A stretch of 64,000 nucleotides of DNA from Takakia lepidozioides. Lineage: Eukaryota > Plantae > Bryophyta. The position numbers were made by a program, and so were the translations under genes. The DNA lies in contig CM060732.1 in the NCBI GenBank assembly GCA_030704615.1, forward strand, positions 76,446,001 to 76,510,000. The letters are read 5' to 3'. The notes beneath the pieces are model-generated. The model searched no databases and was not told the origin of the DNA. It saw nothing but the letters and a program-made list of their open reading frames with translations. Of the stretch, positions 61,795 through 64,000 are shown in pieces. How positions within the stretch are numbered: the first letter of the stretch is position 1; each line of letters opens with the position of its first letter.

Positions 61795-62708
61795 ATGTTT
61801 GCATCCACAACGTCTGATAGCACCGGCAGTGGCCATGTGAGCTCCAAAAAGCGAGCCAGAGACAAGAACTGGACGGCTATGGAGGTACATGTGTTAGCTG
61901 TCGCAAAGCGCCATGAGTGGGAGGCTTGGAATCGCAAGGTGTGAGCGGGCGGGACGTTGCTGGGTGCACCACCAAGTGGCAGCATTTGTGCAAGCAGTAC
62001 AAAGACATCCGGGGGCACCAACTCAATGCCACCGGCAACCAAGACTACTTCACGATGAGTGTCGATGAGCGCGTGGCGTTGGGACTTCCGAAGTCCTTCG
62101 CCAGGGACCTCTTTGAGGACATGAACTTCCCGGCTGAGCGTGCGTGCAACGCTCCCAAAGTGACATCAGCGAGCTTGAGGGTAACACCAATTGTTGCTCC
62201 TTTGCCCCCTGTAGACATAGATACATCGTTGCCTCATATGGAAGAGGAAGTACTACCCTATGCTAATAATGAGGCTGCACCTGCTCTACCATCATTGGAT
62301 GGGGTGGCCCATGTGCGGGTAGAGCATGATGAGGCGCCGATTCTTGCACGGGGTCGGCCTCCAGTGATGGGCTGGGAGAGGTATACCAACACCTCTCCCA
62401 CACCTTTTACCAATTCGGAGGGTAAGAAAAAGAAGGGAAGCACAACCAGTGCCGATCTACTCAAGGCCTTCAAGGAAGGGAATGAAGGTTTGTTCAAAAA
62501 TATGGAGGAGGATAGGAAGGAGAGAATGGACAGGTTTGCCAAATCTTTTCAACTTCAAGATAACATCTTTAAATTTGAGGTTGAAAAAGCTAGAGCAACC
62601 TTAGCTACAGAGCAGGCAACTTCAGGTAACCAGCGCACCATGGTGTCGCATTTTGGAAAGCTCGTTGAGCATTTTGGAAAGCTAGTTGAGAAGAAAGATG
62701 ACGCCTAG
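61795..62708 (+). pseudogene. Myb/SANT (trihelix-like) protein of Harbinger type, frameshifted by a deletion
   Basis: RDKNWTAMEVHVLAVAKRHEW / LESQGVSGRDVAGCTTKWQHLCKQYKDIR...DYFTMSVDERVALGLPKSF, plus a C-terminal coiled coil. Confidence 0.75.
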
Positions 62709-64000
62709 GGATATAGGGGATGACGCCTAGAAAGATACAGAATATGCAATCAAATAACAGAACAAGCTGCATGTGACATATTCAAGTTGCTCTGTTTGTT
62801 TAAAGAGACAACTCTGACATTTTTGATAGATGTTTTTGTATCTCATACTTGTATTCATGCAACTGTGCTTTGAAGTACTGGACCTGACTGCTATGTTTCC
62901 TCATTAGACCCTTTTGCAGTGGCTGTGGGTTGTGTATTGTGCCAGACGCTCCATTGTCAATTTCAACATGTGATATCAGACCTTCAAGTGTGAACACACT
63001 TGAATCCACGGCCATGGATCCAAGACAAAAACAGGGCCAGAACTGGCCCCATAAACCTTGATACATAGATAGGCTACATCCAGGGTCATAGCAATGTGCA
63101 CAATGGCCTCTACGTCCCTTTGAGTTTGGTTCATAAATGCACACTATATCTCATTCCTGAATGCAGGTGCTTCTCAAAATGGTGGCCAGTTGTCATTGAT
63201 CCTTCCAGATGACAAGAATGAGCCTATCAAAATTGGGAATTTCTGATAGCTTCAACTAGAGACCATGAATGCAGAGCTCCATTAGCATTGTCATGTACAA
63301 CTGGTGTTGTACCCCAAAATCTGAAAATCCACACCATTGTTCTAAATCTGGTCTGAGGGCCACTTAATACATGCCACCAACATGTGGCGGGACTAATTTG
63401 GTCTTTTGTCCTGTGGATACTTTAGACATGGGCTGTCAATGGAAAATTAATGTCGTTTACAACATTAATGTCTGGATTGTATCTCCAGTTGCTTAAACCA
63501 TTGTTGATCTTCCTGACAAAGTATGAGAGTTTCTATGTGACTCATGATATAGTTTAGGGAGTATAGGTGACCAATTTGAACAATACAAAAGCACCAAAAG
63601 CACCTCATACTGTCAGTGTGTTGTGTTGTTTGAACACAGGTTGTTCACAAACAACTCCTGTCATTTGAAAGATGCTTGTAGCTATGGTGGTGGTATCCTT
63701 GTTTGAGTGTGGCTGTAATTGATGCTACAGCTGTCTGGTTACCTGTTATGCTTTCCACAGAGAAGTCCAACATCACCTGACTTCACACATAAGTGCACAA
63801 ACCAGGTCAAACTTGTTTCCCAAAGTAAAGAATGCTAGTTGAGGCCCAGGATGAAGGCATTAGAGAATGTAGGAAGATCCAGCACCTTGTTTCTGGGAGT
63901 GAGAGGCTGCCTGAAGAAGAGGGAACAACCACTACCTTTGTGGGGCCTCACTCCAGTAGTTCAACTTACCTCAGCCTTCCTAGATCCCCACTAGAAAGCC

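Larger units (their letters stand above)
58615..62708 (+). mobile_element. PIF/Harbinger-like element, left end plus Myb ORF; right end not found
   Basis: TTA|GGCCCCGGCCGCAC terminus with GCTAAGC/GCTAG subterminal repeats. Trihelix/Myb ORF downstream. Extent inferred. Confidence 0.45.

Noticed and set aside
62800-63144. Minus-strand ORF with CxxC (CAHCYDPGC)
   Set aside because: Short, non-ATG start, no recognisable family and no extendable frame.

Overview
Eukaryotic, land-plant nuclear DNA, most likely a moss or other bryophyte (inferred from the CONSTANS-like, PLS-PPR and chromovirus types). About two thirds of the window is nested transposable elements and their debris. Host genes: an apparently intact cytosolic seryl-tRNA synthetase (minus strand, 9 firmly supported exons plus a probable micro-exon, 47619 to ~41365) and a PLS-class PPR gene (minus strand) whose E2 domain is broken and whose DYW domain is absent. 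Host-gene debris: a CONSTANS-like B-box pseudogene, a PPR fragment, a PIR/SRA1(CYFIP)-like orphan exon and a truncated organellar-type trnL(UAA). TEs: three complete Ty3/gypsy chromovirus-type LTR elements with TSDs (12098-19537, 31534-38436, 51583-57535), the 3' end of a fourth LTR element (1-~2830), a pogo-like DDE element split by the third LTR element, a Harbinger-like element with a Myb/trihelix ORF, a LINE, a Dualen/RandI-like relic, a CACTA end and several MITEs. Most interesting: (i) a Tf1-like self-priming signature (PBS complementary to the element's own R region) in the 12-19.5 kb element; (ii) an unrecognised, tandemly duplicated ~68-aa module between the PBS and gag of the 51.6-57.5 kb element; (iii) a long 3' extra ORF in the first element; (iv) a dispersed exon-like 'xPPW' module found next to PPR sequence. 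Everything was read by eye; no searches were run.
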